Of a DNA stretch of 64,000 nt, positions 10,793 to 22,481 are shown piece after piece. This DNA comes from Scyliorhinus canicula (taxonomy: Eukaryota). Position 1 is the stretch's first letter. Each line of letters opens with the position of its first letter. Below the pieces are notes generated by a model, which worked only from the letters and a program-made list of their open reading frames with translations, ran no database searches and was not told where the DNA came from. The translations under genes were made by a program, and so were the position numbers. Where the stretch lies: NCBI RefSeq assembly GCF_902713615.1, contig NW_024056010.1, positions 124,001-188,000 on the forward strand, in the 5' to 3' direction.

Positions 10793-11626
10793 TCGAGGCT
10801 ATGTCCAAAGTGGTGGGGGTGAGGGTGGAGCCATGCCCGATAGTGGCGGTCTTCGGGGTTTCAGACCAGCCAGATCTATTCCTGGGGAGGAGGGCGGACG
10901 TCCTTGCCTTTGCCTCCCTGATCGCCCGCCGTAGAATCCTGTTTGGCTGGCGGTCAGCAGCACCGCCCAGAGCTGCAGACTGGCTGTCCGACCTCTCGGA
11001 ATCTCTCCAAATGGAGAAAATCACATTCGCCATCCGAGGGTCAGACGACGGCTTCCACAGAACGTGGGAGCCATTCATGCAATTGTTCTGGGACCTGATT
11101 GCGGCCAACGAACAAGAGGAAGAATAGTCGGGTAGCCAAGAATCAGGGGGAAATGGACGGGAATCGGGGAAGATAGCCGGGGGGCGAGGGGGGGGGGGGG
11201 AGGGCTACGGGTTCGTTATGGGGGTTTGTTCTCATGGTTTTACGCTTATTTTTCTTGTTAATTTATTGTTTTTGTATTGGAGGGGAGGGGTTACTGTTTT
11301 TCTCTGTTGTGATAAAATTTATTGTTGAAAACTTGAATGAATAAAAATTATTCCAAAATAAAAGGAAGGACAAAGCCGCAAGCGACAGTCTGATGGCAAG
11401 CTAAGGCCCAAAACCAAATTGTAAATAAATGCCTATAAACATGTGCCTCGGCCATATTGGGGAATGTAAAATATGTATGCCGGTTAAAGGGGGCGGCCAC
11501 AGTTGTTATTAGGAAGCTGCTTACCTGTAAATTTACATGTTAATTTTTGCATGTTTTTTTTCTAATAATTTCAAATTTGTTGGATATTAAATATGAAAAC
11601 TCAATAAAAAACATTTCCCAAAAAAA
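10793..11626 (+). mobile_element. 5'-truncated L1/Tx1-like insertion with an extra 3' segment
   Basis: ORF 10801-11127 homologous to the ORF2 C-terminus at 24250-24648; 15-bp TSD ATGAAAGGTTAAAAT at 10778-10792 and 11627-11641. Confidence 0.85.
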
Positions 11627-12299
11627 ATGAAAGGTTAAAATGCCATTTTCTACTAACACGGAAATAAGATGACGTTTTGAACGAATCTCAAAGACCGTTT
11701 GAAAACAAACCCAGTTTCTGCTGTATTGGAAACCCGTCAGATTAGTTCAATTCTGAGACAGTTAAAGAATAAGCCATTGATCAATAGATATAAGGCTGGT
11801 GATAGCCAGTAACACAAAGTTTGTAATGTTTTAGATTTTATAATTACACTTTATTATATGATTTTCAGCACACTATCATGAGAAGTGTAAAATAATGTTT
11901 TTCAAGCCAGTCTCTTGGCCGTGACAAGTTCCATCAAGTTGGGGCGTGAATGGGGCCTGACTCAAACCGTCTCAGTTTTCAGTCGGCCTCTGTATTCAGA
12001 CATCAGGAAACACGAGTAGATGTCGGGTTGATTATAAATCAGCAGACAGTGAGGTTAACCAGTTATTGTTCGACACTTTGGCCAATTAGAGATTCGAAAA
12101 GCTGAGTGAGGAGATAAAGCTAAATGTTTCGATTAGCCATTTTGTGAACAGGTTACCACATTTTGGGATTATTACTTCATGTCTTTCACCTGATAAACTG
12201 AGGAAAGTTGGATGAACTCTGTTTAATTGTTAATGATAAATATCTCTGTCAATTACTGTTCATTAAGCTTAGTTTTTTATCTTTCTGACTTGTTACTCT

Positions 12300-12512
12300 T
12301 TTTTCAAAATTTAGAGTACCCAATTATTTTTTCCAACTAAGGAGCAATTTACCGTGGCCAATTCACCGACCCGGCCCATCTTTGGGTTGTGGTGGAGACC
12401 CCGTGCCGACACGGGGAGAACGTGCAAACTCCACATGGACAGTGACCCGGGGCCGGGATCGAACCCGGGTCCTCGGTGCCATGAGGCAACAGTGCTGACC
12501 ACTGTGCCACCC
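12300..12512 (-). mobile_element. Short V-SINE with A-rich tail
   Basis: Same architecture as 30494-30713. Confidence 0.8.
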
Positions 12513-12667
12513 CGAACTCGTTACCTTTCTACCTTTTAATGGTTCATAAATCTTTTGAATTTACCATTTAAAGTGTTCATTCTGTCAGATAGTTAAATCT
12601 TTCAGAACCTGATTTAATTGAAAGTTGGGGATTTATTGCAAACGATCTGAACCCCATCAATCAAACT

Positions 12668-12838
12668 GGGGCTGGTTTAGCACACTGGGCTAAATCGCTG
12701 GCTTTTAAAGCCAGGCCAGCAGCACGGTTCGATTCCCGGGACAGGCGCCGGAATGTGGCGACTAGGGGCTTTTCACAGTAACTTCATTGAAGCCTACTCG
12801 TGACAATAGGCGATTTTCATTTTCATTTCATTTTCATT
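12668..12838 (+). mobile_element. tRNA-derived SINE with (ttttca)n tail
   Basis: Head ggggctggtttagcac; other copies at 14850-15042 (-) and about 17330-17480 (+). Confidence 0.7.
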
Positions 12839-12840
12839 TA

Positions 12841-13191
12841 GGGGCAGCAGGGTAGCATGGTGGTTAGCATAAATGCTTCACAGCTCCAGGGTCCCAGGTT
12901 CGATTCCCGGCTGGGTCACTGTCTGTGTGGAGTCTGCACGTCCTCCCCCTGTGTGCGTGGGTTTCCTCCGGGTGCTCCGGTTTCCTCCCACAGTCCAAAG
13001 ATGTGCGGGTTAGGTGGATTGGCCATGCTAAATTGCCCGTAGTGTCCTAATAAAAGTAAGGTTAAGGGGGGGGGGGGGTTGTTGGGTTACGGGTATAGGG
13101 TGGATACGTGGGTTTGAGTAGGGTGATCATGGCTCGGCGCAACATTGAGGGCCGAAGGGCCTGTTCTGTGCTGTACTGTTCTATGTTCTAT
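12841..13191 (+). mobile_element. Full-length young V-SINE
   Basis: ggggcagcagggtagcatgg...ctatgttctat. Confidence 0.92.
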
Positions 13192-13206
13192 TTCATTAAC
13201 TTCAAA

Positions 13207-13345
13207 ATGTAAATGGTCCTGGATTTGGTGTCTCGTTGTAAGTGGTCCCTGGATTTGGTGTCTCAGTGTAAGTGGCCCCTGGATTTGGTGTGTTAGAGTA
13301 AGTGATCTCTGGCTTTGGGGTCTCAGTACAAGTGGGCCCAGCTCT
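13207..13345 (+). repeat. ~30-bp tandem repeat, 4-5 degenerate units
   Basis: Unit gtaagtggtccctggatttggtgtctcagt. Confidence 0.8.
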
Positions 13346-13363
13346 GCTTCCAACACAGTCTCT

Positions 13364-13702
13364 CATAGAACAGTACAGCACAGAACAGGCCCTCGGCCCT
13401 CAATGTTGTGCCGAGCCATGATCATCCTACTCAAACCCACGTATCCACCCTATACCCGTAACCCAACAACCCCCCCCTTAACCTTACTTTTATTAGGACA
13501 CTACGGGCAATTTAGCATGGCCAATCCACCTAACCCGCACATCTTTGGACTGTGGGAGGAAACCGGAGCACCCGGAGGAAACCCACGCACACAGGGGGAG
13601 GACGTGCAGACTCCACACAGACAGTGACCCAGCTGGGAATCGAACCTGGGACCCTGGAGCTGTGAAGCATTTATGCTAACCACCATGCTACCCTGCTGCC
13701 CC
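13364..13702 (-). mobile_element. Full-length young V-SINE, inverted relative to 12841-13191
   Basis: Near-exact reverse complement of the 12841 copy. Confidence 0.92.
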
Positions 13703-14394
13703 ATCTTTCAATAATTTCAATTGAACGGAATCTGACAGTTAGAACCTGTCAGCATTTGAAAGATATTTGCAAATGGTTCGAGAGTTTCTTACAGTTGGGA
13801 TCTTTCTCTGTTTTGTCCATTCGAGGTGTTTGATAACAGACTTTCTCTGTGAATATACAGCTGGAGTTTTGGGCCCTACTGTGTTTCCGTGTTCATCTTG
13901 TTGACTCTAAACATTGAATCTTTTGCTTTCAGACACCAGAGAATCAAACTCCCAACAACAGATTGTCTTTTACTGACTTTATTAACAGCTCTGCAATAAT
14001 AGAGACACAGTACAGTTACTTGTTCTGGGGAACAGAGATAATACAGGGATTCAGAGCTCCCTTTTCCTCAGCTCTGATTTAACAAGCTGCAGCCACACTG
14101 GAGATATTTATATTAAACTTTTCCACGACATTTGTGATCTGATCCTTTCAAACTCTCACCACAAGGATATCTTTGTTCTGAGTGTGAGGACAAGGCTGTG
14201 TCTCTGTCACACACACAGATACCATTTCCTAGGTTCACATCTCCACACAGAGACCAGCTCTTTACACATCCCCTTTCTACACAACTGCAGCAATACGAGC
14301 AAGGATGTGAGGCTCAGTAATATTCACCCACATTTCAGAACAGCAAAGGCTCAACTGGAACAAAGATTCAGTCATTTTCTGTTACAATAGAGAT

Positions 14395-14831
14395 CAGTAC
14401 AGGAGCACAATGACAGTGTAACACAGTCCTATCAGCCTGGAGACTCCTGTTAAATACAGAGCAGGACAGGAGCACAATGACAGTGTAACACAGTCCTATC
14501 AGTTTGCAGACTCCTGTTAAATACAGAGCAATACAGGAGCTCACTGACAGTGTGACACAGTCTCATCAGTCTGCAGACTCCTGTTAAATACAGAGCAGTA
14601 CAGGAGCTCACTGACAGTGTAACAGAGTCTCATCAGCCTGCGGACTCCTGTTAAATACAGAGCAGTACAGGAGCTCACTGACAGTGTAACAGAGTCTCAT
14701 CAGTCTGCAGATTCCTGTTAAATACAGAGCAGTACAGGAGCACACTGACAGTGTAACAGAGTCTCAGTCTGCAGACTCCTGTTAAATACAGAGCAGTACA
14801 GGAGCACACTGACAGTGTAACACAGTCTCAT
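14395..14831. repeat. 67-bp minisatellite, about 6.5 units
   Basis: acaggagc recurs at 14399, 14466, 14533, 14600, 14667, 14734 and 14798. Confidence 0.95.
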
Positions 14832-14849
14832 GGGTGGAATGGTACCACA

Positions 14850-15042
14850 GTGAAAAAATGAAAATCGCTTATTGTCACGAGTAGGCTTCAATAAGTTACT
14901 GTGAAAAGCCCCTAGTCGCCACATTCCGGCGCCTGTCCGGGGAGGCTGGTACGGGAATCGAACCGTGCGGCTTGGCCTGCTTTAAAAGCCAGCGATTTAG
15001 CCTGGTGAGCTAAACCAGCCCCTTGAGCTAAACCAGCCCCTA
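14850..15042 (-). mobile_element. tRNA-derived SINE (12668 family)
   Basis: Reverse complement of 12668-12838. Confidence 0.75.
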
Positions 15043-15044
15043 AA

Positions 15045-15345
15045 CCAGTGGTTAGCACTGCTGCTTCACAGCGGTAGCATCCCAGGTTTTATTCCCTGCT
15101 TTGGTCACTGTCTCTTCCGAGTCTGCACGTTCTCCCCGTGTCTGCGTGGGCTTCCTCTGGGTACTCCGGTTTCCTCCCACAAGTCCCGTAATACATGCTG
15201 TTAGGTGAATTGGACATTCTGAATTCTCTCTGTGTGTAATCGAACAGGTGCTGGAGTGTGGGGACTCGGGGATTTTCACTGTAACTTCATTGCAGTGTTA
15301 ATGTAAGCGTACTTGTGACAATAATAAAGATTATTATGATTATCA
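15045..15345 (+). mobile_element. V-SINE with (AAT/ATT)n tail
   Basis: V domain followed by ggggattttcactgtaacttcattgcagtg...gacaataataaagattatt. Confidence 0.8.
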
Positions 15346-15954
15346 TCAGTCTGCAAGATATGGAGAGCTGGGAATTGTCCACGCGAGTAACTGATGCCGT
15401 GAGATCTGAAATAATCAGATGATAATCAGATAACTAATGATTAGTAAAGAGAAAAGGCCCCAAAAATATAGCAGTCGGCAACAGGACATCAATTAATCTC
15501 CACTTACATTGGAGAAAAATGGAACATAACACTGTGTATTTGCTCAACAACTGACCAAATTGACATTCATCTAGAATTAAAAAGAAATAGATTTAAAGTG
15601 CCCAATACTTTTTGTTCCAGTTAAGGGGCAATTTAGCGTTACCAATCCACCTGCCCTGCACATCTTTGGGTTGTGGGTGTGAGACCCATGCAGACACGGG
15701 GAGAATATCTTAATTTAAAATTTCAATAACCTCCAAGACGGGGCTGACGTTCAACATCAGCAGAAACAAACAGTGAAAGTGATGAACAGCAGAATCCCAC
15801 CCCTGCAATCACATGTAAACTCACTGGTCTCACAATAGGTGCTGTAACTGAGTGAACCCTTTTCACACACAGAGCAGATGACCAGCCCCTCCCCAACATG
15901 AGTGCGTTGGTGTGTCTGAGCCTCACTTGTACTTCTCACATTCATAACAAGAGA

Positions 15955-16467
15955 TCATTTAGCAATGTGAACACGTTGATGTGCAGTGAGGGTGCTTAAC
16001 CGAGTCAATCCCTTCCCACACACAGAGCAGGTGAATGGCCTCTCCCCCGTGTGAACCCACTGGTGCCTCAGCAGGGTGGATGACTGAATGAATCTCCTCC
16101 CGCACACTGAACAGGTGAATGGCCTTTTCCCAGTGTGAGTCTGCTGGTGCCTCATCAGGGTGGATGACTGAGTGAATCCTTTCCCACACATGGAGCAGGT
16201 GAACGGCCTCTCTCCAGTGTGAGTGTGTTGGTGTTGCATCAGGTTCTTTCTGCTTTTAAAGCTCTTCCCACAGTCAGAACATTCTACAGGTCTCTTATTG
16301 GAGTGAGCACGCTGGTGTGATTGTAGGTGTTGTGACTGAATGAAATCTTTTCCACACACGGAGCAGATGAACGGCCTCTCCCCTGTGTGACTGCGTCGAT
16401 GAGTTTCGAGATGGGATGGGTAATTGAATCCTTTCCCACAGTCCCCACATTTCCACGGTTTCTCCAT
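15955..16467 (-). CDS. C2H2 zinc-finger protein C, 6 complete fingers from MEKPWKC
   Basis: Open ORF; paralog of gene B; one degenerate finger upstream and decayed fingers after the stop. Confidence 0.8.
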   Translation of the reverse strand: MEKPWKCGDCGKGFNYPSHLETHRRSHTGERPFICSVCGKDFIQSQHLQSHQRAHSNKRPVECSDCGKSFKSRKNLMQHQHTHTGERPFTCSMCGKGFTQSSTLMRHQQTHTGKRPFTCSVCGRRFIQSSTLLRHQWVHTGERPFTCSVCGKGLTRLSTLTAHQRVHIAK

Positions 16468-17074
16468 GGTGCCGGTGTCCTTGTGTCTCTCCAGGTTGGA
16501 AGATAAGTTGAAGTCTTGTCCACACATAGAACACCTGAATGATTTCTCCTCGCTGTGAATGGTGTGATTTTTGTTCACGCTGGTTAAAGCTCTTTCCACA
16601 GTCAGTTCACTGGAACACTCTCACTTGGTTGTATGCCTGTCTCAGTGATTTTCCAGTCACACTGATGTTTGAAATCTTTTCCCACAGATTGAAGACAAAC
16701 ATTTCTCCTTCCACATTCAAAGGCAAATGGGATTGAGGTCTTGAATCGAGTGATTTTGTTGAATTTTGTTGTGATGCTTAATTTGAATTTCCCATCTGTA
16801 AATCATCCACTTCGAATATCCTATAAATGAAGATTACCAAAGTGAAAGATGTAAATTTCTATCCCACACACCCTCTCTCTCCTCCCTGGGCTGAAATCCA
16901 AACCCATCTGCACCATTTCTTTCCTCTAATCCCAGTTTTCTCCCTCTGCCTGGGTTCAGTTCTCCAGCTCCTGTCTGCAGACAGACAATAAAATCAATGG
17001 GTCTTATTGGGAGTTTGGGGTCTCCTCTTACCCACCTGTCCAGAGCAAGAACCTGCACTGCGCGTGTTCCCGCT

Positions 17075-17225
17075 CACAATGCCCGAGTTGTGATTGACGG
17101 CATCTCTGAACCTACAGGAAGCAGCAGTGGGGCTGGAGGACTGAGCAGGAGCAGCTGGTCCTCCAACCAATCGGAGTGAATGAGGGGTGGGGCTGAGCCC
17201 GGATCTCCCTCATTGGCTGAAACAC
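17075..17225 (-). promoter_or_regulatory. Promoter cassette of ZNF C
   Basis: Reverse complement of the 8430-8570 cassette (CCAAT, TGATTGACGG). Confidence 0.7.
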
Positions 17226-17530
17226 TGCATCATTTTGAAAACTGATTTTTCTCAAACTCCAAGAGAAAAGTGGACCTTTCTGTCTTTGTTCGGAGACACC
17301 CTCGAGCCTGCTCCACCATTGAATAAGTACCTGGCTGATCTGAGCAGTCCAAGGCAGGGCAGCAGCACGGTTCAATTGCCGTAACAGCCTCCCCAAACGG
17401 GCCGGAATGTGGCGACAAGGGTCTTTTCACATTCATTGAAGCCTACTCGTGACAATAAGCGAATTTCATTTCATTTTCACATGCAGCGAGCCGGACTGTC
17501 CTGGAGCTCAATTATACTCACATTCTGATA

Positions 17531-17876
17531 ATAGAACATAGAACAGTACAGCACAGAACAGGCCCTTCAGCCCTCGATATTGTGCCGAGCCATGATCACC
17601 CTACTCAAACCCACGTATCCACCCTATACCTGTAACCCAACAACCCCCCCCCCTAACCTTACTTTTATTAGGACACTACGGGCAATATAGCATGGCCAAT
17701 CCACCTAACCCGCACATCTTTGGACTGTGGGAGGAAACCGGAGCACCCGGAGGAAACCCACGCACACAGGGGGAGGACGTGCAGACTCCACACAGACAGT
17801 GACCCAGCCAGGAATCGAACCTGGGACCCTGGAGCTGTGAAGCATTTATGCTAACCACCATGCTACCCTGCTGCCC
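17531..17876 (-). mobile_element. Full-length young V-SINE
   Basis: Same subfamily as the 12841 copy. Confidence 0.92.
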
Positions 17877-17879
17877 TCA

Positions 17880-18030
17880 ATGTTCAGGGTGACTCTGTTA
17901 GATCTTGATGTGATCTTTGATTTGAGTTTTCTGTGTAAATCCAGCCATCCCAACCCCCTGTTAAAGGAGTTTGCAGAATCCATCCCTGTCAGTCCAGGAT
18001 AGAAATTCACAACATTCTCACCTCCTGCTG
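17880..18030 (-). pseudogene. ZNF cassette remnant (acceptor/linker)
   Basis: Reverse complement: tttctatcctggactgacag...aaactcctttaacag...aaactcaaatcaaag. Confidence 0.55.
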
Positions 18031-18039
18031 ACAGGGAGC

Positions 18040-18560
18040 ACCGCGCATGCGCCCTGAATCCGGGCCTCTCACTGCAGACGCGGTTCAGCTGCTGCCTCCG
18101 CCGCGGAGATACAAACCCGGAACCGGCAGCTTCTTCTTCCGGGGTCAGAGCCGCATCCCGGGACTCACGGACCCTCCGCAGGCTCCGCTTCTCCCTCCAT
18201 TCCCCTCACCGTCTGTGGATCTGACAAACAAGCTTCTGTCCCAGCCCGTTGCCTACGTCACAATGCCCGGGGAGTGATTGACGGCACCTCCGCGCCAATA
18301 GGAAGAAGGGGCGGAGCAGGAGGACCGAGCGGGAGCGGCTGGTTCCCCCAGCCAATCGGAGTGAATGAGGGGGCGGGGCTAGGCAGTGACTGACGCAGGC
18401 GCAGTGCGGGCGATCGATAAACGGAAAATTGCGGAAAGCCGGCAGCGGCCCATCTGCCGGGTGTGTGCAGTGTTTTTATCAACATGTTGTGCAGCACAAT
18501 CTGGGGAAAAGGACTTCCGAGTCTCCCATTTGAACCGAACACGTCCTCACCGGCCCGTGT
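18040..18560. promoter_or_regulatory. CpG-island promoter, probably bidirectional
   Basis: High CpG density, GCGCATGCGC, CCAAT x2, GC box and TGATTGACGG; lies between minus-strand ZNF units and plus-strand ZNF D. Confidence 0.7.
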
Positions 18561-18604
18561 TAAAGATCACCATCTTTAATGGGGGCAATGATTGCAGAGA
18601 CTGC

Positions 18605-18900
18605 GACAGATAAGAGCATGGAGGGGATTATAGAGGGAAAAAAGACCATGGTTTTACCGACAGCGAGAGAGACACAGCATGGAGGAGATGACAGAGAGAG
18701 ACCAGAGCATGGAGGGGATTACAGACAGACAGAGACCAGAGCATGGAGGAGATTACAGAGAGAAAAAACAACATGGAGGGGATTACAGACCGAGAGACCA
18801 AAGCATGGGGGAGATGACAGAGAGAGACCAGAGCATGGGGGAGATGACAGAGAGAGACCAGAGCATGGGGGAGATGACAGAGATAGAGAGGGGCATGGAG
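18605..18900. repeat. ~30-bp purine-rich minisatellite followed by a G run at about 18913-18932
   Basis: Unit gagcatgggggagatgacagagagagacca. Confidence 0.9.
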
Positions 18901-20310
18901 GAGATTAGACCCGGGGGGGGGGGGGGGGGGGCGGTGCAAGAGCATGGAGAAATTTGAAACAAGGATGAGAATTTCTAAATGTATCTGCTTCTTAACTGGG
19001 AGCCTTTGGAGGTCTGTGAGCATGAATGAAACTTGGTGTGATTAAGCAATACAGTTTATGATCTCAGGTTCATAGGGAGGTTTAATGTGGGAGACCAACC
19101 AGCCAGACCAGCATTAGAACAGTTCAGTCCACAGGGAACAAAGGAATGGGTGAAGGTTTCAGCAGCAGATGAGCAGAGAGTCTGGTGATGTTACTGAGGT
19201 GGAAATAGGCGGTCTTGGTGATGATGTAGATATGGGATTATCACAAAATATTTTGGGATATGTATGAACCATGGTTCAGTCTCAGGCTGTTATCGGGGAG
19301 ATGGGTGGAGCCGGTGCTGAGGAAATGGAGTTTGTAGGAGAGAAGCAAAGACAATGGGATCATTTTTTGCAATGTTTAAATGCAGTAAATGTTTGCTCAT
19401 CCAGTACAGTATGTCAGTACGGTGTGTGACTGGGAGAGGAATTTGTAGGTGAATGCGTTGTCATACACATGCTGCCCTGGTCCTTTATGGTGATGGAAGC
19501 TGAAGGCGTGAGAGATTTGTAAACGTCTGGTCAAGCTGTAGATGTATAAAAACCCTTTCCTTCATTCCCTACCTCTCCCACTCTCTCTTCCATTCTCCCT
19601 CCTCCTATAGAAGTCTGAATCTTGTGTTGGCCCAGACCAGTTGGCAGGATTCCTTCCCTGAAGGACATTCCTGAACCAGTTGGGTTTTTATGACAATCCA
19701 GCAGTTTTCATGGTCACTTTTTCCGAGTGCTGGCCCCACAAATGACCAAATTCATTCAGCTCAATTTCATTCTCACACTTTTCTGTTTTCTGTCAATTTT
19801 ACAGGAGGTTGAACATTGGAAAACTGAAACTCAACATCACATCAGAATCTTACATAGTCGCCCAATTCACCATCATCCAAATGCTGACGGATTTTGAACA
19901 TGGAAGGGAAACAACACCGTTCACAGTGGAAACTGTGCTCAGGTTCTATGTGGCTGAGATTTCAGCCGATCAGCTGTCCTGTTGAGACAAACGCAGTTAC
20001 AGCAGAGAGAACGTAGAAACGTGCGGACTGTGGGAAGGGATACAATTACCCATTGAAGTGGAAATTCACAGTGACACTCACACAGGGGAGAGATCACTCA
20101 CTTGCTCTGAGTGTGGGAAGACATTCACTACCTCATCCCACCTATTGACACCAATGAGTCCACACTGGGAAGAGACTGTTCAGCTGCTCCGAGTGTGGGA
20201 AGGGATTAACTCACTCAGCCAACCCGCTGAGACACCAGCGAGCTCACACCCACGAGAGACCTTTTAAATACCCAGACTGCGGGAAACACTGTCGAGGTTC
20301 TGGGGAACTG

Positions 20311-21627
20311 ATGTCCCATCAACATGTTCACACTGACATGACACCGTTCAAGTGCTCTGGCTGTGGGACTGGGTTCAGACGATCATCTGATCTGACTGTA
20401 CATCATTGCAGTCATGCCAGAGAGAGGCCGTTCACCTGCTCTGAGTGTGGGAAAGGATTTATTACCTCATCCTACCTGCTGACACACCAGTGCATTCACA
20501 GTGGGGAGAGGCCATTCACCTGCTCTGAATGTGGGAAGGGATTCACTCAGTCATCCCACCTGCAGACACACCAGCGAGTTCACACTGGAGAGAGACCATT
20601 CATCTGCTCCAAATGTGGGAAAAGATTCACTCAGTCATCCAACTTGCTGACACACCAACGCATTCATACTGGAGATAAACCATTCATCTGCTCCAAGTGT
20701 GGAAAGGGATTCATTTGTACAGCCTACTTACTGAGACACCAGCGGGTTCACACTGGGGAGCGACCATTCACCTGCTCCAGGTGTGGGAAGCGATTTAGTC
20801 ACTCACACAACCTCCAGAGACACCAGTACATTCACATTGGGGAGCGGCCGTTCACCTGCTCTGACTGTGGGAAGAGATTCACTCAGAGATATAGTCTTCT
20901 GGAACACCAGCGAATTCACACTGGGGAGAGGCTGTTCCCCTGCAGTGAGTGTGGGAAGGGATTCAGTGCCTCATCACAACTGCAGACCCACCAGCGCACT
21001 CACACTGGGGAGAGACCGTTCAGCTGCTCCTGGTGTGGGAAGAGATTCACTTGTTCATCCCATCTGCAGACCCACCAGCGAGTTCACACCGGGGAGAGGC
21101 CATTCATCTGCTCTGAGTGTGGGAAGGAATTTGCTCATTCATCCAACCTGCTGAGACACCAGCGAGTTCACAGTGAGGACAGACCTTTTAAATGTCCAGA
21201 CTGTGGGAAGTGCTATAAAAGTTCTGAGGAACTGATGTCCCATCAACGTGTTCACACTGATGAGAGACCGTTCAGGTGCTCTGACTGTGGAACTGGGTTC
21301 AGGCGATTATCTGACCTCACTGTACATCAGCGTATTCACACGGGGAAGAGGCCATTCACCTGCTCTGTGTGTGGCAAAGGATTCACTACCTCATCCTACC
21401 TGCTGACACACCAGCGACTTCACACTGGGGAAAGGCCGTTCAGCTGCCCCTTGTGTGGGAAGCGTTTCACTCAGTCATCCCACCTGCTCACACACCAGCG
21501 AGTTCACACTGGAGAGAGACCATTTACCTGCTCTCAGTGTGGGAAAGGATTCACTCAGTCATCCAACTTGCTGACACACCAGCGCACTCACACCTGGGAG
21601 GAGCTGTCTGATGCCATATGTGAGTAG
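20311..21627 (+). CDS. C2H2 zinc-finger protein D, 15 fingers, 438 aa
   Basis: Open ORF with TGERPF linkers; acceptor ending 19804; ancestral ATG 19900 followed by frameshifted fingers; decayed fingers at 21630-21970. Confidence 0.85.
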   Translation: MSHQHVHTDMTPFKCSGCGTGFRRSSDLTVHHCSHARERPFTCSECGKGFITSSYLLTHQCIHSGERPFTCSECGKGFTQSSHLQTHQRVHTGERPFICSKCGKRFTQSSNLLTHQRIHTGDKPFICSKCGKGFICTAYLLRHQRVHTGERPFTCSRCGKRFSHSHNLQRHQYIHIGERPFTCSDCGKRFTQRYSLLEHQRIHTGERLFPCSECGKGFSASSQLQTHQRTHTGERPFSCSWCGKRFTCSSHLQTHQRVHTGERPFICSECGKEFAHSSNLLRHQRVHSEDRPFKCPDCGKCYKSSEELMSHQRVHTDERPFRCSDCGTGFRRLSDLTVHQRIHTGKRPFTCSVCGKGFTTSSYLLTHQRLHTGERPFSCPLCGKRFTQSSHLLTHQRVHTGERPFTCSQCGKGFTQSSNLLTHQRTHTWEELSDAICE

Positions 21628-22481
21628 AGAGTCTATCAGACATACGCCCTTCTGAGATATTAGTGAGTTCATACTGGGGAAAAGATGTATGTGTGTAGGG
21701 ATTCAGTCAGTTACACAGTCTCCTGTTGGACAGTCTTTCACTTGCCCCGTGTGTGGAAATGTTTCAACTGACCTGATGAATCACCAAATTGTTCACACTG
21801 GGGGAAAGGCTGGGCAGTGATCTGACATGAGATTGATTCATTAATCATCTAATCTGTGGACACACCAGCGAGTTCCCACTGGGCTGAGATTGTTCACCTG
21901 CTCCGTGTGTGGGAAGGGATTCACTCAGTCGTTTAAACTTCTGACTCGTCAGTGAGTTCACACTGCACAGAGGGTGTTTGTGTGTGTGTGTGTGTGTGTG
22001 TAAAAGGATTTGATCATCATCACAACTGTAAATTTGTCAATTACAAAGTGGAGAGAGGATATTCACCTGCTTCCTGTCTGCAAACACATTTCCTGAAAAT
22101 GAATATCGTTTTGATCAGAGATCCTGGAATTCATTTCAAATTGTTGCAGATTTGCTGTCTTAATGGCTAAATATACTTTTTTGTTTTTACACAATGATTT
22201 ATTGCTTTAAACAAGCAACAATGAGACATTGGTTCAATGTTTTTATTTCTATCACATAAGCCATTCCAGACAGGAACCATGAGATTACTGGATACTGATA
22301 GGAGGTCTCATCAGAAAGATCTGGGAGCACGTTATTCTAATCTGATCAATCTGCTCAAAGGTAGACCTGGTCAGGAACACTGAGATTTTATATTGGTCCT
22401 TTCTGACTTCAGTCATGTTGTGTTTTTTTTTAATAAACATTTTATTGAGGTATTTTTGGTATTATAACAACAAAATAAACA

